Source of the DNA: an uncultured Verrucomicrobiae bacterium
GTDB taxonomy: Bacteria > Verrucomicrobiota > Verrucomicrobiia > Limisphaerales > Palsa-1400
DNA: 64,000 nucleotides
Direction of reading: 5' to 3'
Assembly: GCA_963702845.1 (NCBI GenBank)
Contig: OY969763.1
Location: 544,001 to 608,000 of the forward strand
The notes beneath the pieces were generated by a model, which was not told where the DNA came from, searched no databases, and saw only the letters and a program-made list of their open reading frames with translations. The position numbers and the translations under genes were made by a program. Shown here one piece after another: positions 54,856 to 64,000 of this stretch (position 1 is its first letter; each line of letters opens with the position of its first letter).

Positions 54856-54930
54856 TGGTGCGCGATGTATGGATTGAACATACGACCCCCACCGTGTCAA
54901 GGTGATGCTCTACCACTGAGCTAATCGCGC
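54856..54930 (-). tRNA. tRNA-Val (GAC)
   Basis: Minus strand GCGCGAT..ATCGCGC-ACCA; anticodon loop TTGACAC; T-arm GTATG-TTCAATC-CATAC. Confidence 0.95.
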
Positions 54931-55140
54931 ACTTCGCCTCGACGGGGATGAGCCGAGGGACTAAAAATAGGCCACAAAATCCGTTTCGTGGCAAGCCGAG
55001 AATTTTTTACGGCCGGCTCAGGGAAGGGATGGCGCGTCCTACGAAGCGTTTGTGCAATGACCGAGTCCAGATGCCGGAATCTGGAACTTCGAACGCATTT
55101 CCTCTTGGCCGCGTCGTAAAATGCATCTACAAGATGGGCC

Positions 55141-56049
55141 ATGCGATTGACACGGGCCTTGCTGATTTATTTTGTCGTCGTATTTGTCGGCGGCGCGGTC
55201 ATTGCGCCGGTTCTGTATCAGCTTGCCCGAGGGTTGCTTTATGTGAGGGGCTTCGGAGGTCTCGCAAACGTTCCATTTCACCGAATTGTCGACCGTGCGG
55301 TTTTGGGGATGGCACTGATTTGCCTTTGGCCGTTGTTGCGGGTGATGGGGATAACGTCGTGGCGTGAATTGGGATTCGTGAACCCGGGCGAGAAATGGAG
55401 GGACGTTGTTCCCGGGTTTTTGATTGGTTTCGGGTCGTTGGCGGTGATTGCGTTTCTGGCGATTGCGACCGGCGTGCGGAAAGGGCATCTCACAACTTCG
55501 AGTAGCGAGATTGTGACTCATCTGGTTAGCGCGGGCCTCGCTGCGATAGCTGTCGCTGTTCTGGAAGAAATTTTATTTCGCGGCGCGCTGTTCGGGGCGA
55601 TGCGGAAGTCGTGGCGACTGGGAACGGCTTTGGTGGTCAGCAGCGTGATTTACGCCCTGGCGCATTTCGTGCAGAAAGCGCCTGATCCGGAACTAGTGAA
55701 GTGGTCGACGGGTTTGGCAATGTTGCCGCAGATGTTTGGGAAACTTGGCGATGTGCAGGCGCTCGTGCCTAAAGGATTGGTGTTGTTTGTTGCGGGTATG
55801 ATTCTGGCGATTGCGTATCACCGGTCAGGCTCGTTGTTTCTATCGATGGGATTGCACGCAGGTTGGATTTTTTGGCTGAAATCGTACCGGTTTATTTCGA
55901 CACCGGTGGTGGGCGCGGCGAATTGGTTCTGGGGAACGGACGAACTGATCAATGGTTGGTTGGCGTTGCTCGTGTTAGTGGGTGTGCTGATTGCGGTTGA
56001 TTGGATGTATCCGCGGCGACGTTTGGCTGCGAGCCTGGTTATGCAATGA
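55141..56049 (+). CDS. CPBP family intramembrane glutamic endopeptidase (CAAX/Abi)
   Basis: EEILFRG, YALAH, GLHAGW; multiple TM segments. Confidence 0.9.
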   Translation: MRLTRALLIYFVVVFVGGAVIAPVLYQLARGLLYVRGFGGLANVPFHRIVDRAVLGMALICLWPLLRVMGITSWRELGFVNPGEKWRDVVPGFLIGFGSLAVIAFLAIATGVRKGHLTTSSSEIVTHLVSAGLAAIAVAVLEEILFRGALFGAMRKSWRLGTALVVSSVIYALAHFVQKAPDPELVKWSTGLAMLPQMFGKLGDVQALVPKGLVLFVAGMILAIAYHRSGSLFLSMGLHAGWIFWLKSYRFISTPVVGAANWFWGTDELINGWLALLVLVGVLIAVDWMYPRRRLAASLVMQ

Positions 56050-56050
56050 T

Positions 56051-56794
56051 ATGAACGGGGCGACGCAAACACTGTGGCACGTTCTCGATGCCGGGCTGAA
56101 CTTGTTTTATCCGGCGGTATGCCAGATTTGCCGCGAGCAGCGGGCGACAAGCGCTGAGAGTTACATTTGTGGCGATTGCAGGACGAAAGTTCGGGTGATC
56201 GATGGCGCATTTTGTTCGAAGTGCGGAATTCCTTACGATGGCGCAATCACGAGCGAGTTTGAGTGTGCCGAATGCAAGGACGTCGATTTGAAATTCGATG
56301 CGGCGCGCGCGGCGGTGCGGGTCAATGCGTTTATGTTGGATGTGGTGCATCGATATAAGTACGCGCGAGCACTTTGGTTTGAACAATATTTGGGTGAATT
56401 GTTGGTGCAGGCGGCTGTGCCTGAACTGTGTAAGGAACATTGGGATTTCATTGTGCCGGTGCCATTGCACCCGGTGAAACAGCGCGAACGCGAATTCAAC
56501 CAGGCGGAACGACTGGCAAAATATTTGGGTCGAGCGGCGAACATCCCGGTGAATACGTTCATTCTAAAACGCATTCAACCGACGCAATCGCAGACGACGC
56601 TCAGTCGTGAGGAGCGCGCTGACAACGTGCGAAAAGCGTTTGCATTGCGTGGTCCTGTAGATGTGAAAGAGAAGAGCATCGTGATCATCGATGACATTCT
56701 GACGACTGGCGCGACGACGAGCGCGTGCGCGGGCATTTTGAAAAAGGCAGGTGCGAGTCGGATTCAGGTGTGGACGGTGGCGCGCGGCGCGTGA
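56051..56794 (+). CDS. comF: ComF family protein (double zinc ribbon + PRTase)
   Basis: Four CxxC pairs, VPVPLH..R.FNQA, IIDDILTTGAT. Confidence 0.92.
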   Translation: MNGATQTLWHVLDAGLNLFYPAVCQICREQRATSAESYICGDCRTKVRVIDGAFCSKCGIPYDGAITSEFECAECKDVDLKFDAARAAVRVNAFMLDVVHRYKYARALWFEQYLGELLVQAAVPELCKEHWDFIVPVPLHPVKQREREFNQAERLAKYLGRAANIPVNTFILKRIQPTQSQTTLSREERADNVRKAFALRGPVDVKEKSIVIIDDILTTGATTSACAGILKKAGASRIQVWTVARGA

Positions 56795-56830
56795 GACTTG
56801 AAACGCCGGAAAAGAGAGGGATGTTTGTCT

Positions 56831-57625
56831 ATGGTCACGGTCAATCCTCTGGGGCAATCGGGGTTTCGGTTTGTTGCCGATTCTACGGTTTTGTATGTCG
56901 ATCCATACTTGAGCGACGCGGCTGAGCGGAAGCATGGGCATGAGTTCGAGAGGCAGGTTCCACCGCCGATAACGTCGACGCAAATTACGGATGCAAATCT
57001 GGTGATGATCAGTCACGGGCACACCGATCATTGCGATCCTATCACGGTCGCAACAATCGCGACCCAATCACCGCAGGCGATTTTTATTTGCACTTATGAA
57101 AGCGTGCCGATCCTCGAACAAGCGGGCGTGGCGGCGGATAAGATTCAACTGGTTTCCGAAGAGCTAACGCCGCTGACCAAAGATGTTTCTTATGCGGCCA
57201 TACCGGCGGCGCATCCGACTTTGGAGCGCGATTGGCAAGGCAGGTTGAAGCGCGCAGGGTTTTTGCTGCACTTCGATAATTGCCTGGTTTACCACGCCGG
57301 TGACACAAGCCCGCATCCAGAAATTTTCCACGCTTTGGAAGGCGCGGACATCGATTACGCGTTTCTGCCGGTGAATGAAAAAAATTTCTTCCGCGACCAT
57401 AAAAACATCATCGGCAACATGAGCGTGCGCGAGGCGTTTCATTTTGCGGAGAAGATTGGGGCGAAGCGGTTGGTGCCGATGCACTATGATATGTTCGCGC
57501 CGAATAGCGTGTTTCCCGAGGAAATTGAACTGCTTTACGACAAAATTCAGCCGAGCTTCAAACTGGAGTTTCTTTTGCCGGGCAAGGAATACGTGCTGAA
57601 TGCTGCGTTGGAAATGGTCCACTGA
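56831..57625 (+). CDS. MBL-fold metallo-hydrolase (UlaG-like)
   Basis: LGQSGF, DPYLS, SHGHTDH, YHAGDT, PMHYD. Confidence 0.9.
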   Translation: MVTVNPLGQSGFRFVADSTVLYVDPYLSDAAERKHGHEFERQVPPPITSTQITDANLVMISHGHTDHCDPITVATIATQSPQAIFICTYESVPILEQAGVAADKIQLVSEELTPLTKDVSYAAIPAAHPTLERDWQGRLKRAGFLLHFDNCLVYHAGDTSPHPEIFHALEGADIDYAFLPVNEKNFFRDHKNIIGNMSVREAFHFAEKIGAKRLVPMHYDMFAPNSVFPEEIELLYDKIQPSFKLEFLLPGKEYVLNAALEMVH

Positions 57626-57630
57626 ACCGG

Positions 57631-58653
57631 TTACCGCGTGGCGTAGAAGAACAGGCGCCACAAGGGCGAAAACTTCCCGAGCGTAATCGCGCAACGAGGC
57701 TGTGACATGAGCAGATATTGTAATCGCGCGGCCCACTTCAATCTTCGCACGAACTTTTGATCACACGCGGACGCGATTGACTGTTTCGTTTCGTTCCAGT
57801 CTGCCGTGCCATTGCTGTAACGAACGAAAGGCTCGATCGCGAGCGCGGCGGATTCAAACGCCATCGACATGCCGTTGCCCGTCGCGGGCGCGATCATCGT
57901 GACAGCGTCACCAATGGAGCATTCCAAATGTTCGGAAGCTTGGTGTGGGCGCAAATCGAGCGCGGCGGCAGAGCAGAATGAGTCCTCGTCAAAGGCCGCG
58001 TCGCGAAGTCGTTGGTGGAGAGCTGAAGTCGATGGCCCTTGCAGCCAGTGACGCCATTCGCGTGACAGATCGGGAACGGGTGTTTCGCTGTGGAATAGCC
58101 CGCAGACATTGACTTCATTCAACGGTAGGCGGCAAATGCCGACGTAGCCATTCGGGACGATGTGCATTTCGAGGTCGGCTTCGAGTGCGACGTTCTTCGC
58201 GTGACACTTGAGCCCGAACCAGCGTCCGTTTGCGTTTTGTGCGTGAGGCCTGCGGCCCGTCGCGCGGACGACCTGGTCGCTGAACTGTTTAGTCCAACGC
58301 TGATTGGCTTCCAGTTGGCCGCCCATATTTTGAAACGTATTCGCCAGCAACGCGTCGAGATGGTAACGCGAGATGGACAACGCGGGTTCCGGCAGCTTGT
58401 GATGAATTCGTCTGGCGCCGACGAAGAACGCGGCGTTGTGAGCAGCAATCGCGCCCGCGGCCAGAATGTTTTTGAGCAAACCAAGTTGCTCCAAAGCAGC
58501 TTGCCCACGGCCGCTTATAAATTCGCCGCAGACGCGATGACGTGGGTAAGTGCTAGCTTCGTAGAGTGTCACCGGAATATCACGTTGCCGTAGACCGATA
58601 CCAAGCGTCAGGCCCGCGAGCCCCCCGCCAACTATTGTGATTGGTTTTACCAT
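57631..58653 (-). CDS. FAD-dependent oxidoreductase/monooxygenase
   Basis: GGGLAG, YPRHRVCGEFIS, IGDA..IAP.TGNGMSMA. Confidence 0.88.
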   Translation of the reverse strand: MVKPITIVGGGLAGLTLGIGLRQRDIPVTLYEASTYPRHRVCGEFISGRGQAALEQLGLLKNILAAGAIAAHNAAFFVGARRIHHKLPEPALSISRYHLDALLANTFQNMGGQLEANQRWTKQFSDQVVRATGRRPHAQNANGRWFGLKCHAKNVALEADLEMHIVPNGYVGICRLPLNEVNVCGLFHSETPVPDLSREWRHWLQGPSTSALHQRLRDAAFDEDSFCSAAALDLRPHQASEHLECSIGDAVTMIAPATGNGMSMAFESAALAIEPFVRYSNGTADWNETKQSIASACDQKFVRRLKWAARLQYLLMSQPRCAITLGKFSPLWRLFFYATR

Positions 58654-59336
58654 TTTTTGACCGCCTTAAACATGTGGCTGGCGATGCTTCGGGGTTCCTC
58701 AAATAAACTCCATTCTCCTGCTGGCCACAACTCCGAGAGTTCTCGGCCGCGAAATCCAGCGCGCACACTGACCGGCGCATCGTAGCGTGTAACGGCCGTG
58801 CAGGTTGCGTAAGTCAGTAAATAACTTCCGATCAGCGCCTGCATCGAGCGCCGCGGTTCGCAAGCAATGAAGAGATTCGTTCGTTGCGCGATGATGGAAA
58901 ACAACTCGCGCAGTTGCTCGGCGCTGAAATGATGCAGAAAGAGGTTCGTATAAATACAATCAACTTTTTGTTGTGCAGGGGGCCATCGAAAGATGTCTGC
59001 TTCAACAAATTCTGCCTCCCAACCGATTTTCTCAAAGCGTTCGAGTGTTTGCGATTGGATCGTTGTCTGGCGGTCGAGCAAAGTGATTTTTCCCGGAGAT
59101 ATTTTTCGAATCACACGCGTCGCGAATGTCGCGTCGCCACAACCGATTTCGACTAAGTGAGGAGAGTCGGTCGCCCAGAGGCTCGCATCGAGGGCATCGC
59201 TGATGATGCGACGATTTCCGAGCCAGAGGTTTAGTCGTTGCAAGTCACGGCGCGAGGCGATGGCACGAGGGTCGGTCGCAGGCAAATTGTCGAGCATTTC
59301 CGGTTCAACAACTCGAATGGCGATCGGGGTTTTCAG
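58647..59336 (-). CDS. Class I SAM-dependent methyltransferase; start uncertain
   Basis: EPEMLD.LP..DP.A..SRRDL, EIGCGD, NLFLHHF, TRYDAPVSV.AGF. Confidence 0.85.
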   Translation of the reverse strand: MKTPIAIRVVEPEMLDNLPATDPRAIASRRDLQRLNLWLGNRRIISDALDASLWATDSPHLVEIGCGDATFATRVIRKISPGKITLLDRQTTIQSQTLERFEKIGWEAEFVEADIFRWPPAQQKVDCIYTNLFLHHFSAEQLRELFSIIAQRTNLFIACEPRRSMQALIGSYLLTYATCTAVTRYDAPVSVRAGFRGRELSELWPAGEWSLFEEPRSIASHMFKAVKKW

Positions 59337-59341
59337 CGGTG

Positions 59342-60400
59342 TTATTCGACTTCCAAAGTTGCGCCGTGACAACTGAATCCGGCGCCGAAGGATGACATCC
59401 ACCAATTTCCGCCGGGCGCGTTTTGGGCGAGAGCGGCTTGCAGCACGAACAGGACAAACGGGCTACTGAGGTTGCCGTATTCGCGAAGCATTGCAGCGCT
59501 TGGACTGACATCTTCGGGGCTCAGTGACAAACTTTGTTGCAGCGCGTTCAAGACTTCGCGGCCACCGGCATGCAGAATCCACGCTTTGATGTCGCTTTTT
59601 TCGAGCTCGGCTTTTTTGGTGACTTGATCGAAAACGGTTCGGGCGTGGCGACCAGCGATGTCGGGAACGCTCGGCGAGAGAATGTTCCGCAACATCCCAT
59701 TTTTGTGTTCGAACCGCAAGAGGTCGCGGTCTTGTGGAATCAGAAGCGAACCGCAAGTTTTCCAGCGAACGGTGCGACGATTCTCCTGAGGTGCTTCGGA
59801 CAAAACAGCTGCTGCCGCGCCGTCTCCAAAAAGACAGGCGCTAATCAGCACGCCTGGATCATCGTCGAGGTAAAAAGCAGCGCTGCAAACTTCGACGCAT
59901 ATCGAGAGAACATTTTTACATTGTCCGGATGCAACGAGCGCGTGAGCAGTGCGTAAATTCGGCAACGCCGCGCCGCAACCTTGGCCGACGAGGTCAATTG
60001 TTGCTGCGTTGGCGCGCATGGATAGTCGTTCGCTGACATAGCTGCTGAGGCCGGGGCACAAGTATCCGGTGCAAGTGGCGATAATCACCGCATCAATTTC
60101 TGCAGCGGTTTTGCCGGCATCTGCGAGGGCTTTTTGTGCCGCTTGCGTTGCGAGAGCGGGAGCGTGTCTGGTGAATCGAGCCTGAAGTGCGTCTGGCGTA
60201 GTATCGAAGGCTTCAGTCAACGGATCGAGCGCGAGATGGCGCGTCGCAATTCCATTTTGGTTCGCGAGAACTTTCTTGAGGATAGCGCGCGAGCGAGCGG
60301 CCAGTTCACCGAAGTGTTTGGAGGATTGGAGCGCATCCCAACACTGCGCTTGAGTGTAACGAGTAGCCGGGGTTGCGGTTCCCAATCCGGTGATGAACAT
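59342..60400 (-). CDS. Type III polyketide synthase (chalcone/stilbene synthase family)
   Basis: Cys-His-Asn triad: GQGCGAA, LHAGG, YGNLSS; LFGDGAAA; FGAGF. Confidence 0.93.
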   Translation of the reverse strand: MFITGLGTATPATRYTQAQCWDALQSSKHFGELAARSRAILKKVLANQNGIATRHLALDPLTEAFDTTPDALQARFTRHAPALATQAAQKALADAGKTAAEIDAVIIATCTGYLCPGLSSYVSERLSMRANAATIDLVGQGCGAALPNLRTAHALVASGQCKNVLSICVEVCSAAFYLDDDPGVLISACLFGDGAAAAVLSEAPQENRRTVRWKTCGSLLIPQDRDLLRFEHKNGMLRNILSPSVPDIAGRHARTVFDQVTKKAELEKSDIKAWILHAGGREVLNALQQSLSLSPEDVSPSAAMLREYGNLSSPFVLFVLQAALAQNAPGGNWWMSSFGAGFSCHGATLEVE

Positions 60401-60443
60401 GCAGCAAGCTATATCACGGCTGCGCGGAATTCCAGTGGCACTG

Positions 60444-61595
60444 TCAACGAAACTCCGGGTGTTTCGGCAATGTGTAGGCGAGGATTGTTCCTGCGATCAG
60501 CGCAACGAGATAGCCGTAGGGCAGGAGGCAGGCCATCAACCCGGTGATGAGGACGAGAAAGAACGTTGTCCGTTCCTGGGTCATGTCGCGCACGAGCAGC
60601 ATCAGCGCCGTGGCTTCGAAGGCGAGCATTACTCCGAGGATAGGCAGCGGGAACACGTGAAAAACGTTTTCAAAGCCGCCGCTGAAAAATAGACCGACGA
60701 CCAGATACATGCTGCCATAAATAATGACCGACATGCCGGTGCGCGCACCGAAAGCGTAATGCCCCGCCAGACCGCCTGAACCGTGGCAGGTCGGAACGCC
60801 GCCGAAAAACGGATTCACGAGGTTCATGAACGAGTAGGTGAGGCCGATTTTTGTCAGCGATGGGGCGCGTGTTGGAAACAAATCTTCCGCAACGCGGCGT
60901 GCGCCAAGGACAGAATTGCCAATCGAGAGCGGCACTTGTGGCAGCGCAAGAATCAGGAATCCGGTCACCACATCGCTCCAGGCAGGAATGTGAAATGTTG
61001 GCAACGTGAAACCGACTGCACTGTGTAGCCCGTCGAAATTTTTAAAGGCGATAGCGTAGATAAAGCCGAGTCCGATAATGAACAGTGCGGCGGGATAACG
61101 GCGGTTACTATAAAGGAGCAGGGCGATGATGGCAGCGATGGTGGCGAGGATGTATCCAGGCGCGTTTTCTTTCGGTAAGTAATCCTTTAGCGCCAGTGTT
61201 GCCAGTTGCAGTCCCAGACCGAATTGAATGCCACGCACCACGACTTTTGGGATCACCCGACCAAGCCATGCGACCAGGCCGGTGATCGAAAGAAAGAACA
61301 TGACCAACCCGATGGCGAGTCCGCCACCGTAAATGACGTTCGGCGCGAGTTTTTGAGTGATGACGATGACCGCGACGGCTTTGAGCGGTTGTGCCGGCAT
61401 CGGCATGCCGTAGAAGAACCCGGTGAAAACTTGCATCGCCCCAAACATGATGAGCACCGTTGCCGCATCGAGCCTTGCCGCCAGAATCATTCCGACGATC
61501 AGTGGAAGGTCGGTGCCGATGTCGCCAAACGCACCGGCAAGTTCGTTACGATCGAAACGGATGCGCGGGTAGGTTTCTTGTGTCGAAGGGGTCAT
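60444..61595 (-). CDS. MOT1-family molybdate/sulfate transporter
   Basis: ELAGAFGDIGT, PMPAQPLKA, RGIQ.GLG, P.CHGSGGLAGHY.FGART. Confidence 0.88.
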   Translation of the reverse strand: MTPSTQETYPRIRFDRNELAGAFGDIGTDLPLIVGMILAARLDAATVLIMFGAMQVFTGFFYGMPMPAQPLKAVAVIVITQKLAPNVIYGGGLAIGLVMFFLSITGLVAWLGRVIPKVVVRGIQFGLGLQLATLALKDYLPKENAPGYILATIAAIIALLLYSNRRYPAALFIIGLGFIYAIAFKNFDGLHSAVGFTLPTFHIPAWSDVVTGFLILALPQVPLSIGNSVLGARRVAEDLFPTRAPSLTKIGLTYSFMNLVNPFFGGVPTCHGSGGLAGHYAFGARTGMSVIIYGSMYLVVGLFFSGGFENVFHVFPLPILGVMLAFEATALMLLVRDMTQERTTFFLVLITGLMACLLPYGYLVALIAGTILAYTLPKHPEFR

Positions 61596-61933
61596 TGTTT
61601 CGTGTCGGCACGGTAGTGCAGCACTTTGACCTTTTCTAATGTAACCATGCCGCCACCCATCATCGTGTTGAGGATCGGGAGGAAGCTGTTTATTTTTTCT
61701 TCACTGTCGACCAACTCGATGACGACTGGCAAATCCATCGATAGGCGGAGAATCTTTGCCGTGTGCAGATGGCTGGACGCGCCAAACCCCATGGGACCGC
61801 GCAGCACGGTTGCACCTGCCAGATGCATTTCGCGCGCTTTCAAGACGATCGCTTCGTAGAGCGGCTTGTGGTCGACCTTGTCGCTTTCCCCTACAAAAAT
61901 TCGCAACAGAACGGCTTCTTCGGGAATTTGCAT
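61592..61933 (-). CDS. DUF190 (PII-like) protein
   Basis: LLRIFVGESD..PLYEAIV..LAGATVLRG.MGFG..LS.DLPVVIE. Confidence 0.92.
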   Translation of the reverse strand: MQIPEEAVLLRIFVGESDKVDHKPLYEAIVLKAREMHLAGATVLRGPMGFGASSHLHTAKILRLSMDLPVVIELVDSEEKINSFLPILNTMMGGGMVTLEKVKVLHYRADTKQ

Positions 61934-61934
61934 A

Positions 61935-62333
61935 TTAAGTTCCTTTGCTTGAATTGATCTGAAGCGCGAGCACATGGCCGAGCCACACGGCGATCAGACA
62001 AAGTGCAACCGATAACAGGATGTTCGCCCCGGCACGAAACCACTGGCCGTCGTTGGCCAGATTAAGCGTTTGCAGGCTGAACGAAGAGAATGTGGTATAG
62101 CCGCCGCAAATGCCGATCATGAAAAACTGCCGCCAGATTGGCGTCACGAGCATGCGTCCTTCGCTGCCGGTGACGGTGAAGAACAAGCCAATGATGAAGC
62201 AGCCGGTGATGTTGACGATAATCGTGCCCCACGGAAATGTTTCGCCCCAGACGCGCGCGATCAGGCCGGAAAACCAGTAGCGCAATACGCTTCCGATGGC
62301 GCCGCCCAAAGCAATAGTTAAAGTGTTCAACAT
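61935..62333 (-). CDS. crcB: Fluoride efflux channel Fluc/CrcB
   Basis: GGAIG..LRY, FPWGT..VN..G, G.CGGYTTFSSF. Confidence 0.96.
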   Translation of the reverse strand: MLNTLTIALGGAIGSVLRYWFSGLIARVWGETFPWGTIIVNITGCFIIGLFFTVTGSEGRMLVTPIWRQFFMIGICGGYTTFSSFSLQTLNLANDGQWFRAGANILLSVALCLIAVWLGHVLALQINSSKGT

Positions 62334-62355
62334 AATGTCCTACCGTTTTACTGAT

Positions 62356-62424
62356 TGGTAGGAGTTATCAGCGCTGAAATGCAGGCGGTTTTTTCGCGAC
62401 GCGAAAGGGCAAACTCCATTGCCG
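62356..62424 (-). ncRNA. Fluoride riboswitch (crcB motif)
   Basis: Minus strand GGCAATGGAGTTTGCC..AAACCGCC..GCTGATAACTCCTAC, directly upstream of crcB. Confidence 0.93.
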
Positions 62425-62478
62425 CAGTTCAATTAAACAATTGCCGTTTCGATTTGCAATGACGTTTAATCGAACAGT

Positions 62479-62673
62479 CTAATTGGAATCGAGCGTGCCT
62501 TGTGCGCCTTGGCGCATCAGATTCAAAAGGTGAGCCAGCGCTTCCTCGTAAGTGCGGCCTTTCAGTTCTGCCAATTGCCGTGCCCGCTTGTCTAATTGCC
62601 GCGCCATCTCCGGCGTCTTTTCAGCGGGGCATCCGAACGCCTTCAATACTTCCGCAATTTGTTCCACGGTCAT
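62479..62673 (-). CDS. Small helical hypothetical protein
   Basis: 64-aa ORF: L...GCP.EK..EMA.QLDKRA.QL...KGRTY.EAL.HLL.LM.QG. Confidence 0.7.
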   Translation of the reverse strand: MTVEQIAEVLKAFGCPAEKTPEMARQLDKRARQLAELKGRTYEEALAHLLNLMRQGAQGTLDSN

Positions 62674-62759
62674 CAATGCAGTGGAGTTTAGTAGAAGCAT
62701 TTTTGCAACTGCGAAACTTGGGCTTTGGAATTCACCCTTTTTCGGCTATAGGAAGTCAA

Positions 62760-64000
62760 ATGGGAGGAACCAAAACACTCACCTGGCCGATTGCCCTGGG
62801 CTATGCGGCGGTATCCGTTCTCTCGTTTCACCTCGCGTTCGCAGTTGGTTGGTCTGGCTTTATTCTCCTATTCCTCTTCGGCCTTGTCGGACTGACAGGC
62901 CTCAATAGCACTCAAAAATCATTTTACTTCGGCCTTGTCATAGGACTCTTGGTTTACGCCCCTCATCTCGCGTTTTTCTGGAACATCTTCCGATGGACTG
63001 CGGCGGCGCTGTGGCTGGTTCCGTCGTTCTGGCTTGGATCGTTCATTGCGCTCGGACGTGGCGTGCGGTTGCGGTTCGGCGCATTGGGGTTGGTGCTCAT
63101 TCCGTTTCTCTGGACCGGCATCGAATATTTCCGCAGTGAATTGTATTACTTGAAATTCTCATGGTTAGGCGTGGGCTACGCGTTCTCAAATGCGACAAAC
63201 CTCGCTTACATGGCGGGTGTCGGAGTTTATGGAATTGGGTTTTGCGCAATGCTCGTAGTGGTGGCGATTTATTCCTGGCGCTCCGTCCGGACCTTCGTGG
63301 TTTGCCTCGGTATCCTGGCGTTCCTCTTATTAACGCAACTCATGCAGGTTACGCCCAAAGTTAAAGGCGCTTCGATGAGTGTTGCTGGAATTCAAATGGA
63401 ATTTCCTGCCGGCAGTGAAGTCCCAAAAGCCCTGGATAAAGCGCTGGCTGCTTCGCCTTATGCGGATGTCTTGTTGCTGAGCGAATACACGTTCCATTCG
63501 CCGGTCCCAAATTTCGTGCGGAAATGGTGCGCCAACCATAAAAAGTACCTGATCGTTGGTGGCACGGAAGACGCGCCGAACGGGAAGTTCTACGACATGG
63601 CCTACGTCATTGGGCCGAATGGCGACGTCGTATTCAAACAGGCCAAATGCGTGCCCGTGCAGTTTTTCAACGACGGCTTGCCAGCGACCGACCAAAAATT
63701 GTGGGAATCACCGTGGGGCAAGGTTGGTCTGGGCACTTGCTATGATTGCAGCTATCGGCGAGTGACGGACGAACTGGTTCGACAAGGTGCCCAGGTTTTG
63801 ATTTTTCCGACAATGGACGTCGTCGATTGGGGTGTGTATCAGCATCGGCTGCATAGCCGCGTTGGTCCGATGCGGGCAGCGGAGTTTGGAATTGCCGTGG
63901 TACGCATTGCCAGTTCCGGGATCTCGCAAATTGTCGGACGCGATGGAACGATTTCGGCGGAAGCAGGTTTTCCGGGCGAGGGCAGCACGTTGGTAGGCGC
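62760..64000 (+). CDS. lnt: Apolipoprotein N-acyltransferase-like (nitrilase fold); runs off window
   Basis: Manual translation from ATG 62760: TM N-terminus, W...EYFRSE..FSW, triad LSEY / QAK.VP / TCYD, RAAE, SSGIS. Confidence 0.8.
   Translation, partial: MGGTKTLTWPIALGYAAVSVLSFHLAFAVGWSGFILLFLFGLVGLTGLNSTQKSFYFGLVIGLLVYAPHLAFFWNIFRWTAAALWLVPSFWLGSFIALGRGVRLRFGALGLVLIPFLWTGIEYFRSELYYLKFSWLGVGYAFSNATNLAYMAGVGVYGIGFCAMLVVVAIYSWRSVRTFVVCLGILAFLLLTQLMQVTPKVKGASMSVAGIQMEFPAGSEVPKALDKALAASPYADVLLLSEYTFHSPVPNFVRKWCANHKKYLIVGGTEDAPNGKFYDMAYVIGPNGDVVFKQAKCVPVQFFNDGLPATDQKLWESPWGKVGLGTCYDCSYRRVTDELVRQGAQVLIFPTMDVVDWGVYQHRLHSRVGPMRAAEFGIAVVRIASSGISQIVGRDGTISAEAGFPGEGSTLVG

Noticed and set aside
57631..60443. 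Type III PKS cluster as part of the fluoride regulon
   Set aside because: The 43-bp gap contains a plausible own promoter (TGGAAT-N17-TAGCTT); same-strand adjacency alone is insufficient

Overview
Chromosomal window from a bacterium, most likely Verrucomicrobiota of the Pedosphaera-like group. This is inferred from PVC-type heme-binding proteins, DUF1559-like pilin-type genes, BspA/Ig surface proteins and GTAG-type REPs. It holds about 55 CDS. These include a PDH operon (aceE-aceF-lpdA), cysS, pckG, ggt, a class I xylose isomerase-like gene, a sulfatase, NfeD-flotillin, a large sensor kinase, a type III PKS cluster and an lnt-like gene. Non-coding features include tRNA-Pro(TGG), tRNA-Val(GAC) and a fluoride riboswitch controlling crcB. 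Genes from about 3 to 19 kb carry many single-base indels, even in essential PDH genes, which I read as long-read or assembly errors. Main leads: (1) a translationally coupled beta-propeller / HemN-like radical SAM / chorismate-lyase-like / flavin-halogenase-like operon with no assignable product; (2) a duplicated non-coding element with its own promoter and palindromic operator (candidate sRNA) bracketing a 4 kb segment; (3) a 177-bp miniature IS3 derivative just upstream of a BspA-like gene; (4) a shared C-terminal domain on two unrelated surface proteins; (5) degenerate integron attC-like remnants. No CRISPR array, rRNA or intact integrase was seen. All family assignments come from motif recognition by eye, not database searches.
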